Shown: piece after piece, positions 42,677-52,314 of the stretch
Numbering within the stretch: the first letter of the stretch is position 1
Layout of the letters: each line of letters starts with the position of its first letter
NCBI GenBank assembly: GCA_963823665.1
Contig: CAWGMQ010000008.1
Location: 1,216,001-1,280,000 of the forward strand
DNA length: 64,000 nt
Origin: an uncultured Planctomycetota bacterium
GTDB taxonomy: Bacteria; Planctomycetota; Planctomycetia; Isosphaerales; Isosphaeraceae
Direction: 5' to 3'
The notes under the pieces: generated by a model
What the model was told of the DNA's origin: nothing
Database searches by the model: none
Seen by the model: the letters and a program-made list of their open reading frames with translations, nothing else
Made by a program: the position numbers and the translations under genes

Positions 42677-43918
42677 ATGCAAGGTTCTTGTCCGTTCGGA
42701 TTTCCCAATCGCAGGCAATTCCTGGGTGCTTCGGCCGCGGCCGTGCCGCTCATCTCGGCAATTCCGAGAATCGCACGGGCGCAAGCTCAAACAGTAACCG
42801 GCAGCGCCGCGCATCACGGCGGTGACGTGAAATCGCTCGGCAAGCTGGCCGCGCCGGGTCTCTATCCGGGCCAGGTTGTTGAGGCGAGGAACCCGGCGAT
42901 GTGCAACAGCGGCAGCCGTGATCGGGCGGCCATTCGATCCACGCTCGACAAAGGCATGAAAGAATTGACCGGCGCCACCGATGCTGTGGAAGCCTGGAAG
43001 CACTTCTTCGAGCCGGGCGATGTAGTGGGCATCAAGGTTGTTCCCAACGGGCAGCCCGAAGCGCATTCCTCGTTTGAAATCGTTCTCGAGGTCATCGAAA
43101 AGCTACGGGCCTGCGGGGTGAAAACAGGCGACATCTTCGTCTACGACCGCTATCGCCGCGAATTCATGGACGCCGGGTACCAGAAGATCCTGCCCGACGG
43201 CATCCGCTGGGGTGGCCTGGACCCGGTGTCGAACCAGTTCCAGATGGACTTTGCCGATTTCGCCACGGATCCCATCGCCGGGTTTGACCCTGATGCGTTC
43301 GTCTGGATGGACCTGGTTCCGTACGGCGACGACCCCAAGGACGACCGCAAGTACCGCTCGCATCTCGGCAAGCTGGTGACGAAGACGCTCAACAAGATCG
43401 TGGCAATTCCGGTGCTCAAAGACCACGGCTCGGCGGGAGTCACCGGCGCGCTCAAGAACATGAGCCACGGCACTGTCAACAACGTGGCGCGCTCACACAG
43501 TAATTCGTTTGCGAATGTGTGCAATCAATTCATTCCCCAGGTGATCACACACCCGGTCATTCGCCAGAAGTTCGTGCTGCACATCATGGACGGCATCCGC
43601 GGGGTCTATCACGGAGGGCCGTTCTCGCGCGAGCACGGGAAATGGACGTGGGAGAACAACGCGATCCTGTTTGCGACCGACCCGGTCGCGCTCGACCACA
43701 TCGAATGGACCTTGATCGATGCCCAGCGAGCGAAGATGAACCTGCCGCCAGTGGCCGCTTCGGGCAACAAGGCGATGGACCCGCTGAAAATGGAAGGGTT
43801 CGATGTGCGGCAGCCGCAGCACATCGCGCTGGCGGGAGCCCTGGGCATGGGCTACTTCGACTTCAAGTCGAACAAAGGGCAGCGGTTCTCGATTAAACAT
43901 AGGGTTGTGAACGTCTGA
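42677..43918 (+). CDS. Tat-exported DUF362-like protein
   Basis: NRRQFLG; PGDVVGIKV; IPVLKDH...GVTGALKN; TDPVALD. Confidence 0.82.
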   Translation: MQGSCPFGFPNRRQFLGASAAAVPLISAIPRIARAQAQTVTGSAAHHGGDVKSLGKLAAPGLYPGQVVEARNPAMCNSGSRDRAAIRSTLDKGMKELTGATDAVEAWKHFFEPGDVVGIKVVPNGQPEAHSSFEIVLEVIEKLRACGVKTGDIFVYDRYRREFMDAGYQKILPDGIRWGGLDPVSNQFQMDFADFATDPIAGFDPDAFVWMDLVPYGDDPKDDRKYRSHLGKLVTKTLNKIVAIPVLKDHGSAGVTGALKNMSHGTVNNVARSHSNSFANVCNQFIPQVITHPVIRQKFVLHIMDGIRGVYHGGPFSREHGKWTWENNAILFATDPVALDHIEWTLIDAQRAKMNLPPVAASGNKAMDPLKMEGFDVRQPQHIALAGALGMGYFDFKSNKGQRFSIKHRVVNV

Positions 43919-43955
43919 GGAAGCGCACCCGATCTCGTCGCGGCAGTGGACGTTC

Positions 43956-44116
43956 TGTTCCCGATTGGGAATGCCGTGCTGGATACTCGATCGCGAGAGG
44001 CATATCTTGTTCCTGATCGGGAATGGCAACAAGCCCATGATCCCGATCAGGCACAAAGACTGCCTTGACGGCACGGCGTTGGGGGACTAACATTCATTTT
44101 GTTCCCGATCGGGAAT
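43956..44116 (+). promoter_or_regulatory. hipBST promoter with 3-4 palindromic operators
   Basis: TTCCCGATCGGGAA-like sites at 43958, 44010, 44040 (degenerate), 44102; TTGACG-N17-TAACAT at 44065-44093. Confidence 0.8.
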
Positions 44117-44154
44117 TTCATTTGGCGTTGCGCTGGTCTGAAGTCGTGGATCCG

Positions 44155-44393
44155 ATGAACAGCAGCGTGAAGAAGAGCCCCGAGCGAGTTGGTCAATTTG
44201 TGCGCGCCGGCGCCGGGCGAACAAAATGACTCAGCGGCAACTCGGCGAACTTGCCGGTGTCGGCACGCGGGTCGTTTCGGAGCTCGAGCGTGGGAAGCCG
44301 ACGTTGCGCATGGACGTCGTGAACCGAGTGCTCGAGGTCTTCGGTCAGATGCTGGGACATATCGAATCGCCTCGTGAAGAAATTGAAATATGA
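44155..44393 (+). CDS. hipB: HipB-like HTH regulator (frameshift ~44208; absent from the ORF track)
   Basis: Manual translation VGQFVRA/RRRANKMTQRQLGELAGVGTRVVSELERGKPTLRMDVVNRVL. Confidence 0.8.
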
Positions 44394-44734
44394 AACCACG
44401 GCGTGGTCGCGTGATGCTGAGCGGGGAGACGGTGGGAACGCTTGAAGAAACCGGAAGAACCATTGCCTTCCAGTACAATGAAGAATGGTTGCGGCGACCC
44501 GGCGCGGTGCCAATCTCGCTCACCATGCCGCTCGGGCCGGAGCCCTTCGTCACCGAGGGTTTGCATCCGTTCTTCGAGAATCTGCTGCCGGAAGGTTGGC
44601 TCCTTGAGGTTTCGTCGAAGAAGTTGAAGATATCGAAGGACGACGCATTCGGCCTGCTGCTTGCCACATGCGGCGACTGCATCGGGGCTGTCGAGATCGA
44701 GCCGATCGAGTCCGAAACGAATGAGAAGGGTTAG
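44390..44734 (+). CDS. hipS: HipA N-terminal domain protein (HipS-like)
   Basis: FQY...PISLTMP...LHPFFENLLPEGW...DCIGAV. Confidence 0.85.
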   Translation: MKPRRGRVMLSGETVGTLEETGRTIAFQYNEEWLRRPGAVPISLTMPLGPEPFVTEGLHPFFENLLPEGWLLEVSSKKLKISKDDAFGLLLATCGDCIGAVEIEPIESETNEKG

Positions 44735-44736
44735 CG

Positions 44737-45657
44737 ATGCCTTCATGCCTGATTTGCCTGGAGGATTCCAGGACGGCATCGGACTATCACCCAGGTTGCC
44801 TGAGAGAGCTGTTTGGAACCGCGCAGTTGCCCTCCCTTGATCTGGAGCTTGCGAATCTCTACGCCGTCGCCGCAACGATGGCCGGGAAAATGTCGATTTC
44901 AGGCGTTCAAGCAAAGGTTTCACTCGTCTTGTCCCAAGACAAGCGGAAGCTCGAGGTCGCCGCGCGCGGCGGGCGATACATTCTCAAGCCGGAGACCTTG
45001 CGGTTTTCGTCCGTTCCAGAAAATGAGCATGTGACTATGGTATTAGCACATCTGGTCTCCATCGAGCTGCCGCAATGCGGGCTGATCCGCCTCCGGGACC
45101 TCTCGATCGCTTATATCGTGAAGCGGTTTGATCGCCTTGATGGCGGCGAGAAACTGCGGGTCGAAGACTTCTGCCAATTGTCTGGAAAGCCGACGCGCGA
45201 TAAGTACGAGGGATCGATGGAGCTTTGCGTCCGGATCTTGAGAAAATACGCCACGGAGCCGCTGGTTGAGATTCAAAAGCTGTTTCGCCTGCTCTTGTTC
45301 AGTTGGTGGACGGCCAACGGAGATATGCATTTGAAGAACTTCTCCATGCTGACGACTCGCGATGGCGTGCATCGGTTATCGCCAGCGTACGATCTGGTCT
45401 GTACGCGGCTTGTTCTTCCCGACGACAAACTCGCACTTCCGGTCGGTGGCCGCGACAAGAACCTCACACGCCGGACCTGGCTCGATCTCGCGACATTCTG
45501 CGGCTTGCGTGAACCGGTGGCGAAGCGCTTGCTCGAGGAGCAGATCGACGTGACGGATGCGTCGATCGACTTCATCAATCGGTCCTATCTCGGAAAAGAA
45601 GCGAAGGACCGGTACGAGCAGATACTGCGCGAGAACACGGCGATCCTGGCTGGCTGA
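44737..45657 (+). CDS. hipT: HipA-family kinase toxin (HipT-like)
   Basis: MSISGVQAK, YILKP, NEH, KRFDR, EDFCQL, NGDMHLKNFS, LSPAYD. Confidence 0.88.
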   Translation: MPSCLICLEDSRTASDYHPGCLRELFGTAQLPSLDLELANLYAVAATMAGKMSISGVQAKVSLVLSQDKRKLEVAARGGRYILKPETLRFSSVPENEHVTMVLAHLVSIELPQCGLIRLRDLSIAYIVKRFDRLDGGEKLRVEDFCQLSGKPTRDKYEGSMELCVRILRKYATEPLVEIQKLFRLLLFSWWTANGDMHLKNFSMLTTRDGVHRLSPAYDLVCTRLVLPDDKLALPVGGRDKNLTRRTWLDLATFCGLREPVAKRLLEEQIDVTDASIDFINRSYLGKEAKDRYEQILRENTAILAG

Positions 45658-45760
45658 GGGCCTGCGCCGAGGCATCGGCCCTTGAAATCCATCACACCTT
45701 GTGTTTTCCTGAGACAAGCGTCGTTGGATAACGTCTTGCGCCTGGCAACCAACAGGATCG

Positions 45761-46474
45761 ATGGTGCTCAGCAACTCAACTACCGCTGAACACCGCAACG
45801 GGATCGCCGTTCGGGTCGAGGAAGTGACCAAGACGTATGGCTCGCCGCGGTCGGAGGTCAGCGCGCTTTGCGGCGTGTCGCTCGACGTGCGGCGCGGGGA
45901 ACGGGTGGCGCTCCTGGGAAAGTCGGGCTCAGGCAAATCGACGCTGCTCAACTTGATCGGAGGGCTCGACCGGCCGAGCTCGGGTCGCATCGAGGCCGGG
46001 GGCCGAGACCTTGCCGCGATGACCGACAAGGAGCTGGCGGCGTACCGGCTGACGACGGTCGGGATGATCTTCCAGGCATACAATCTGATCCTATCGCGGA
46101 CGGCGGTCGAGAATGTCGAGCTGCCGATGATCCTGGCCGGGCGTGAGAAGAAAGACCGGCGGGCAGCCGCACGCGCGGCGCTCGAAGCAGTCGGCCTGGG
46201 CCAGAGGCTTGGGCACCGGCCGAGCGAGCTTTCGGGCGGTGAGCACCAGCGGGTGGCGATCGCCCGGGCACTGGTTAACCGTCCGGAAATCCTGCTGGCG
46301 GATGAGCCGACGGGCAACCTCGACTCGGCCACTTCGGCCGAAATCATCGCTCTACTCGTCAGGGAGATCAGTCAAGCGGGGACCACGCTGATCATGGTCA
46401 CGCACGACGAAGAGCTGGCGCGGAACACCGCGGACCGGATTGTGTTCTTCAAGGATGGGCGGGTGATGGCATGA
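45761..46474 (+). CDS. ABC transporter ATPase (LolD/MacB type)
   Basis: GKSGSGKST, LSGGE, LADEPTGNLD. Confidence 0.95.
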   Translation: MVLSNSTTAEHRNGIAVRVEEVTKTYGSPRSEVSALCGVSLDVRRGERVALLGKSGSGKSTLLNLIGGLDRPSSGRIEAGGRDLAAMTDKELAAYRLTTVGMIFQAYNLILSRTAVENVELPMILAGREKKDRRAAARAALEAVGLGQRLGHRPSELSGGEHQRVAIARALVNRPEILLADEPTGNLDSATSAEIIALLVREISQAGTTLIMVTHDEELARNTADRIVFFKDGRVMA

Positions 46475-48060
46475 CCACCACGACTCGCGGAACGCATGGC
46501 ACCAAAGCGACCGACGTTGTCGGGCTCTCGTTTTCTGCGCTCTGGCAGCAGAAAGTGCGGACGATACTGACCGTTACCGGCGTGGTGATCGGTACGTTTG
46601 CACTCGTCCTTAGTCTCTCGGTGGGCCAGGGCGTGGACCATGCGATTGTCTCCCTTTTTCACGAAGACGGCCGCCTGCGAATGATCATCGTGAACGAGAA
46701 GTACGGTCAGACGGACGAAGATGTGCCCGTTGCCGAGCGCGAGCCGAAGGGCACGATGAGCGACGCGAAACGCAAAAGGATCAGCAAGGCCCTGGTGCGC
46801 GAATGGGGGCGAACCCACCCCCGCAAGCAGCGAAACTCGCTCAATCCCACGGCCATCAAGACCTTGAGCGTGATGGACCATGTCGAACGCGTCGAGCCGG
46901 CCGTGTGGTTCGATGGACAGTCGGCTCTGAATGGCAAGACCGAGAAATCACAGGCCATGTCTGTGACGCTGAAGGCTTCGTACCTGCGTAAGCTGCTCCT
47001 CGCCGGGCGTCTCTTTGCCGCCGGAGACGGCCGGGCGGCAATCGTCCATGAATTCCTCCTCTACCGCGTGGGACTGACCGGCGACGACGCAGCCGCACAG
47101 GCGCTGGGACAGACAATCCGTTTCGAGTACGACGTGGGGCGGAATGAGCAGGTCGACCTGGTGAGGATGATGAGTTTCGGGTCCAGGCCCCTTTCCGACA
47201 AAGAGGCAGAAACGCTCAATTCTGCGCTAAAAAGGCTGGCGGTTCTGGCGCGGCTGCTGCCGATGCCGGCTGAAGAACGCGCGGCGCTGGGACGAGTTTT
47301 CGACCGCCTCACAACCACCACCGCCGCGAAAGGGCAAACTTATGCCGAAGAATTCACGATTGTGGGCGTCGTCCGCGAGCAGAGCGAAGAAGACGAGAAA
47401 CCCGCGCCATTCGGCAACTGGCTGCCCCTGGACGCTGACATCCTCGTGCCGAGTGCGTTCGCGGGGGAGTATTACTTCCGGGCGCCCGAGCACGTGGAGG
47501 CCGGCGCTGGCTCCGTGGTCGTCACGGTCGATCAAGAGGAGCACGTGAAGGATGTTGAGAAACGGATCGGCACGCTCGGGTTCAACGTGTGGTCGCTCGT
47601 GCAGTTTATCGACACGGTTCGATTGAATGCGATGATGATCACGTTCGCGACGGCATTCGTGGCGCTTGTGGCGTTGATCGTTGCCGCGGTGGGGATCACC
47701 AACACGATGATCATGAGCGTGCTGGAGCGGTCGCACGAGATCGGGGTGATGAAGGCGCTCGGTGCGCGCGAGCGGCATATCCTGCTCATCTTCCTGATCG
47801 AAGGCACCGTGATCGGCGTTGCCGGCAGCTTGATCGGGCTGGCCCTGGCGTGGCTGGCGTCGATACCCGGCGATTCGATCGCCAGATCAATCATGGAGCC
47901 GCAGTCTCAATGGACTGTGAAGGAAACGCTCTTTTTGTTTCCTCTCTGGCTGGTCGCGGGCGTGCCGGCACTGGTGAGTGTGATCACCACGCTGGCCGCG
48001 CTTTACCCGGCACGGCGGGCGGCGCGGGTGGACCCGGTGACGTCGCTAAGGCACGAGTGA
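46471..48060 (+). CDS. ABC permease (MacB/FtsX type)
   Basis: RTILTVTGVVIG; GITNTMIMSVLER...EIGVMKALGA; PARRAARVDPV. Confidence 0.93.
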   Translation: MTTTTRGTHGTKATDVVGLSFSALWQQKVRTILTVTGVVIGTFALVLSLSVGQGVDHAIVSLFHEDGRLRMIIVNEKYGQTDEDVPVAEREPKGTMSDAKRKRISKALVREWGRTHPRKQRNSLNPTAIKTLSVMDHVERVEPAVWFDGQSALNGKTEKSQAMSVTLKASYLRKLLLAGRLFAAGDGRAAIVHEFLLYRVGLTGDDAAAQALGQTIRFEYDVGRNEQVDLVRMMSFGSRPLSDKEAETLNSALKRLAVLARLLPMPAEERAALGRVFDRLTTTTAAKGQTYAEEFTIVGVVREQSEEDEKPAPFGNWLPLDADILVPSAFAGEYYFRAPEHVEAGAGSVVVTVDQEEHVKDVEKRIGTLGFNVWSLVQFIDTVRLNAMMITFATAFVALVALIVAAVGITNTMIMSVLERSHEIGVMKALGARERHILLIFLIEGTVIGVAGSLIGLALAWLASIPGDSIARSIMEPQSQWTVKETLFLFPLWLVAGVPALVSVITTLAALYPARRAARVDPVTSLRHE

Positions 48061-48084
48061 GACACGCGATGACGAGCGATCGGC

Positions 48085-49752
48085 TTACCTGGCCTGAACC
48101 GCCGGTTCGGTCACGGGCACGATCTTGAAGAGAAGCTGGTTGGGTTGGACCTGCCAACCCATTTCGATGGGCGGCTCCCCTGGCTTGCGGGGTTCCGGCC
48201 CGTAGGCGTAGACGAGTTTTCCATCGCGTGGCGCGTTGATCTTGCAGGCCGCGATCTCTCGCTCAAGTTGTTTCTCTTTCGAACTCTCGAGCTCCCAGAT
48301 CTCCTTGCTGGCTTGTAGCTCGGCTTTTGCAACTTCGATGGCCAGATTCAATTCCTTGATTCGTTTCGCTTTCGTGTAGTGAAGAAGGACGTCCTTTCTG
48401 CGTTGAGCGAGCTCAAGCTCCGTTCGGGCATCGCTGCGAGCCGCGGCGTCTTTGTCCGTTTTCTTGGCGGCGAATTGACTGTCGGCTATCGCGAGGCTGG
48501 CTTCGGCCTTCTTGACGGCGGCCTCCGTTTCTTGCTCCTGCAGCAGGACGAGGCCGCTCTGGTATTCGGCGAGACTGAGCTCGGCGATTTCCAGTGCGGT
48601 TTCGTTCCTCCGATGCGACGTTCGCGCATGGATCATGGTGATTCTCTGGTTGGTCAAAGTTTCCGCGCCTTCCCCTGTATCAAGTTCGCAAACCACTTCG
48701 CCCTTCTTCACAATCGAGCCGTTGGGAACAAGTGTGAGAATCGAGCGCGCCTCGCGTGACATGGAGTGCAAGAGGGCAGTTCCTGGTGGATCCTTGGGCG
48801 ATTCTGGACCGGATGACTGAGCTGCAGCCGTGACCTGAGCTCGGCCCTGACGCCCGTTGAAGAGGACGATGCCCGTACCGATTCCCAGCAAGGCGACCAG
48901 GGCCACGCCCACCGCCGCAGTCTTGATCTTGATCATCACCATGCTCCAGAGCACTCGTTGGACCAGGGACGCAGTTGCGCCCGACACAATGTAGGAAAGA
49001 GCTTCTCCCGAAGCCGCGGCGGCCGAAGCCTGGAGTGTTTGTTTCACCAGGGCCGGCGGCACCGCGGAAAGTGTTGAGGAAGAGGCAGTGGAACCATCAA
49101 AAGCGGTGGTCACGAGCGCGGCCAGCGGCGCCAGGCCGCGGCGCGTGAGCCGCCGGTGCAGGAGCCTGCGCGCCCGGGCCAGCCGACTCCGTACTGTTCC
49201 CAGCGGACAGCCGAGCTGGGCGGCTGCCTGATCGTGCGTGAGCGATTGCCAGTAACAGAGCACGACGACAGCGCGGTACTTTTCAGGCAAGCGCCGGACT
49301 TCCTCTTGCACTGCCGGGCCGAAGTCTCTGGTCATCGAAATGTCTTCCACGGGACTGACGGCTTCGACGACTCGGAGCGCGGCTCGTTGTTCGACCTTCT
49401 GTCGCCGGGCCGCATCAACTCGCGCACGTGCCGCGACCCGGCAGGCCACGCCGTAGAGCCAGCCACCGACCGATTCGAGCGATTGAACGGCTTCGCGGCG
49501 GCGCACGAGTACCAGGAAGGTCGCTTGGAACGCATCGGCAACGTCGGCCTCGTCGCGAAGCATGTTGCGGCAGACTCGCAGGACCATCGGGCCGTGGCGC
49601 AGGATCAGCACCTCGAATGCAGCGTCCGACGAATCATCGCGGCGGTTTGCAAATCGTTCGAGCAACTGGCGGTCCGTCAGCCCGCCGGCTGTTCCGATGT
49701 CGAACAGCGTTTGAATGTCGCGCAGAATGGCAACGGACGAAATACCGGCCAT
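48085..49752 (-). CDS. ECF sigma factor with TM segment and HlyD/MFP-like C-terminal domain
   Basis: RHGPMVLRVCR...DAFQATFLVL; TM; VPNGSIVKKGEVVCELD, coiled coil, INAPRDGKLVY. Confidence 0.85.
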   Translation of the reverse strand: MAGISSVAILRDIQTLFDIGTAGGLTDRQLLERFANRRDDSSDAAFEVLILRHGPMVLRVCRNMLRDEADVADAFQATFLVLVRRREAVQSLESVGGWLYGVACRVAARARVDAARRQKVEQRAALRVVEAVSPVEDISMTRDFGPAVQEEVRRLPEKYRAVVVLCYWQSLTHDQAAAQLGCPLGTVRSRLARARRLLHRRLTRRGLAPLAALVTTAFDGSTASSSTLSAVPPALVKQTLQASAAAASGEALSYIVSGATASLVQRVLWSMVMIKIKTAAVGVALVALLGIGTGIVLFNGRQGRAQVTAAAQSSGPESPKDPPGTALLHSMSREARSILTLVPNGSIVKKGEVVCELDTGEGAETLTNQRITMIHARTSHRRNETALEIAELSLAEYQSGLVLLQEQETEAAVKKAEASLAIADSQFAAKKTDKDAAARSDARTELELAQRRKDVLLHYTKAKRIKELNLAIEVAKAELQASKEIWELESSKEKQLEREIAACKINAPRDGKLVYAYGPEPRKPGEPPIEMGWQVQPNQLLFKIVPVTEPAVQAR

Positions 49753-49896
49753 CGATGGATCGCTCCCGGGGCTTTGGCTCGATTGGGGTGTCTATCAGTA
49801 TGTGCCGGGAGACGGTGCGGGCAATCCCTGATCTTTTGGGTTATCCCTCGATCACAGAGCGCCAGCGCCTGGGGACGGCTTCCCAGGCGGGCAAAG

Positions 49897-50771
49897 TCAC
49901 GCCGCTCCGTCTCGCGCGATGTTTGCAGCCGGGGCTTCCGTGCACGCCGGCAGAATGATTGTGAAAATCGAGCCCTGGCCGGGGCGGCTTTCGGCGCGGA
50001 TGCGGCCGTGGTGGGCTTCGACGATGTCGCGGCAGACTGCCAGGCCCAGGCCGGTGCCACCTTGTCCGGCTGAATCGGGGCGCTCTTGGTTGAGTAGAAG
50101 GGCTCGAAAATGCGCCTCAGATCGGCTGGGGCGATTCCAACCCCATTGTCGGACACGCTGATCTCGACGCGGCGGCCGGTTGGGGCTGCGCCCACGCGCA
50201 GCCGCACGACGCCCCCTTGGGGCATTGCCTGGCGGGCGTTGATCAGGAGGTTGATGAGCACTTGCTGGATCTGGGCCGGCTCAACCCGCGCTTTCGGGTT
50301 GCCTGATATCTTCACCTCCAGGCGCACGCGGTGCTTGGCCAGATCTTTGTTGACCAGGAGCACCACTTCCTCGACGAGCTGGGACAGGTCGGCCGGCTCG
50401 CGCTCGATCTGACCTGTACCGAGCCGTGCCAGGCCCAGCATGCCGCGCGAGATGGTGGTGGCTCGCTCGGCACTCTCGATGATTTGCTTGAGGGCGCGCT
50501 CGCGATAAGCCGGATCGGGGTTTCGGAGGCCGAGTTTGGCATAGTTGAGGATCGGGGTCAGCGCGTTGTTGAGCTCGTGGAAAACACCGCCGGCCAGCAC
50601 GCCCAGGCTGCTGATCCGCTGGAGTGCGATCACCTGCTTGCGCAGTTGTTCACTGGTTGGCTCGGGAGCCGCGGGCAAAACGATCGGCGTCGATCGATCG
50701 CGGGCGGACGTCGAACCTTCTTCCGGCTGCCGCCTTGCAGGTTCAGCCGGGACTCCCCGTGTGGTCGCCAT
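49897..50771 (-). CDS. Cytoplasmic histidine kinase (HisKA + HATPase); frameshift ~50075
   Basis: [29 protein letters not shown], then GTGLGL in the other frame. Confidence 0.88.
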
Positions 50772-50939
50772 CGAACGTCGAACCCTCCCTGCGGTGAGCC
50801 CGTCTGAATTGCTCGTTCAATTCAGGGTATCGGACGCAACGAGAGCCGGATTGAGCCCGAAGGCCGGACGGTTGCTGATCGAGTGCGACTCAGAGGATTG
50901 GTGGGGATCGGGAGGGTTTCGATCAAAACAACGGCTCGG

Positions 50940-52109
50940 TCACTTGCGCGTTTCGCCGTCGACGGCGGCTTTCGGCTTGGCAGACAGACCCCAGGGGAAG
51001 AGACGCAAGCCGTTGCCGGGGATAACGCGGGGAATCAACTCAAGGTCGACCCCGACGATGGGCTGGGTGACTTTCCGGCCGTCGCTCCAGAACCCCAGGT
51101 GCCGAAACTGCTCTTCGTCGCGAATGCCGTCGTCCAGGGTCTTGCCCTTGTCGGCGATTTCCATGACGTGATCGGCCATGCGCCAGAATCCCGCGCGGTC
51201 GAGCGCGTTTACCTCGGCCAGACTCATCTGGAATCCGCGCAGGACGCCCTCGCCATTATCGAGACGGGAGTGCATACCGCTGGGCGCTGTGTGTTCCGCG
51301 ATCAGGGGGGGGTGACCATGTCGGTCCGACCGAAAAAAGACGTATCGCTTCCGCGAGAGAGGGATGGCCGTCGCCTGTGTGAAGATCTGTCGCGCTCGCA
51401 AGTCGCCGACGAGCACGTCCTCTTCGCCGACCATGACGATCATGAGGGTTGTCGCGGGGATACTGGATAGGTTGGGCTCGCGCATCGGGACGATCTCGCC
51501 AGGCATCGTGATGATCAGCGCCTTGGGAAACGGCAATCCGGTGTGCGGGTCAGCCGCGACAGCCGCGATCTGCGCTGCCAGGTTGCCACCGGCGGAATGG
51601 CCGATCAATGTAAAACGGCTCAGGTCTGCGTGGACGTGCTTTTCGCCGTTGGCCAGCACCCCGAGAGCATCGCGCAGGGCTGCGAGGGCGTTCGGCAATA
51701 GTTCCTGCGGAGGGGTGAAGACATCGTTCTGGTAGCGCGGAAAGATCACGATCCTGCCGTCGCGCACCAGATGATCGATCCACGCTCCATAAAACCCGGG
51801 ATTGACGGCGAACCAGCCGTGGAGGAACAAGACCACGGGGGCGCGGGCTTCCGGCTTGGGTTCATCGGGCTCGAAGATCCAGTACGACCGGGGCCCTTCG
51901 CCGATTTCGTAGCGTTTGAACGATTGATGGGGCGAGGTGGACTTCTCGGGCGAGGCCGGGTCGGCGCTCGACGATTTTGCCGCCGGCTCATCGTCGGCCC
52001 GAAGAACCCCGGCGAGGGCCAGGCTCAAGACGGCGAGCGGGCCCAGACAGCGCAGGAGCGCACAGTGGCCCATTCCATGGCACGAGCGGCGCAGCATAAA
52101 TTGACCCAC
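50940..52109 (-). CDS. Secreted alpha/beta hydrolase
   Basis: Signal peptide; VVLFLHGW; GHSAGG; start uncertain. Confidence 0.85.
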   Translation of the reverse strand: MGQFMLRRSCHGMGHCALLRCLGPLAVLSLALAGVLRADDEPAAKSSSADPASPEKSTSPHQSFKRYEIGEGPRSYWIFEPDEPKPEARAPVVLFLHGWFAVNPGFYGAWIDHLVRDGRIVIFPRYQNDVFTPPQELLPNALAALRDALGVLANGEKHVHADLSRFTLIGHSAGGNLAAQIAAVAADPHTGLPFPKALIITMPGEIVPMREPNLSSIPATTLMIVMVGEEDVLVGDLRARQIFTQATAIPLSRKRYVFFRSDRHGHPPLIAEHTAPSGMHSRLDNGEGVLRGFQMSLAEVNALDRAGFWRMADHVMEIADKGKTLDDGIRDEEQFRHLGFWSDGRKVTQPIVGVDLELIPRVIPGNGLRLFPWGLSAKPKAAVDGETRK

Positions 52110-52314
52110 CCCTCAACATCCGTGTTCGAGGCCGCCTTCCTAGCGGAAGGTGGCACAGTTTCTCTTTCTTGTGGGTTTTGTCAATGGCGCCTGGGCGCTC
52201 ACGGGCGCAAGACGTGCTGGGGCCGGATGTCAGGCTGAAGCTTGACCTACTTGGGGCGGGTGTCGCGCTCACGGTGATCGTTCGGTCCGCGGAGGCGATC
52301 TAGCTCCTGGGTGA

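Noticed and set aside
37142..45657. trpS as the dedicated target or immunity partner of the nearby HipT-like kinase
   Set aside because: They are 6 kb apart with unrelated genes between; there is no sequence evidence for a link
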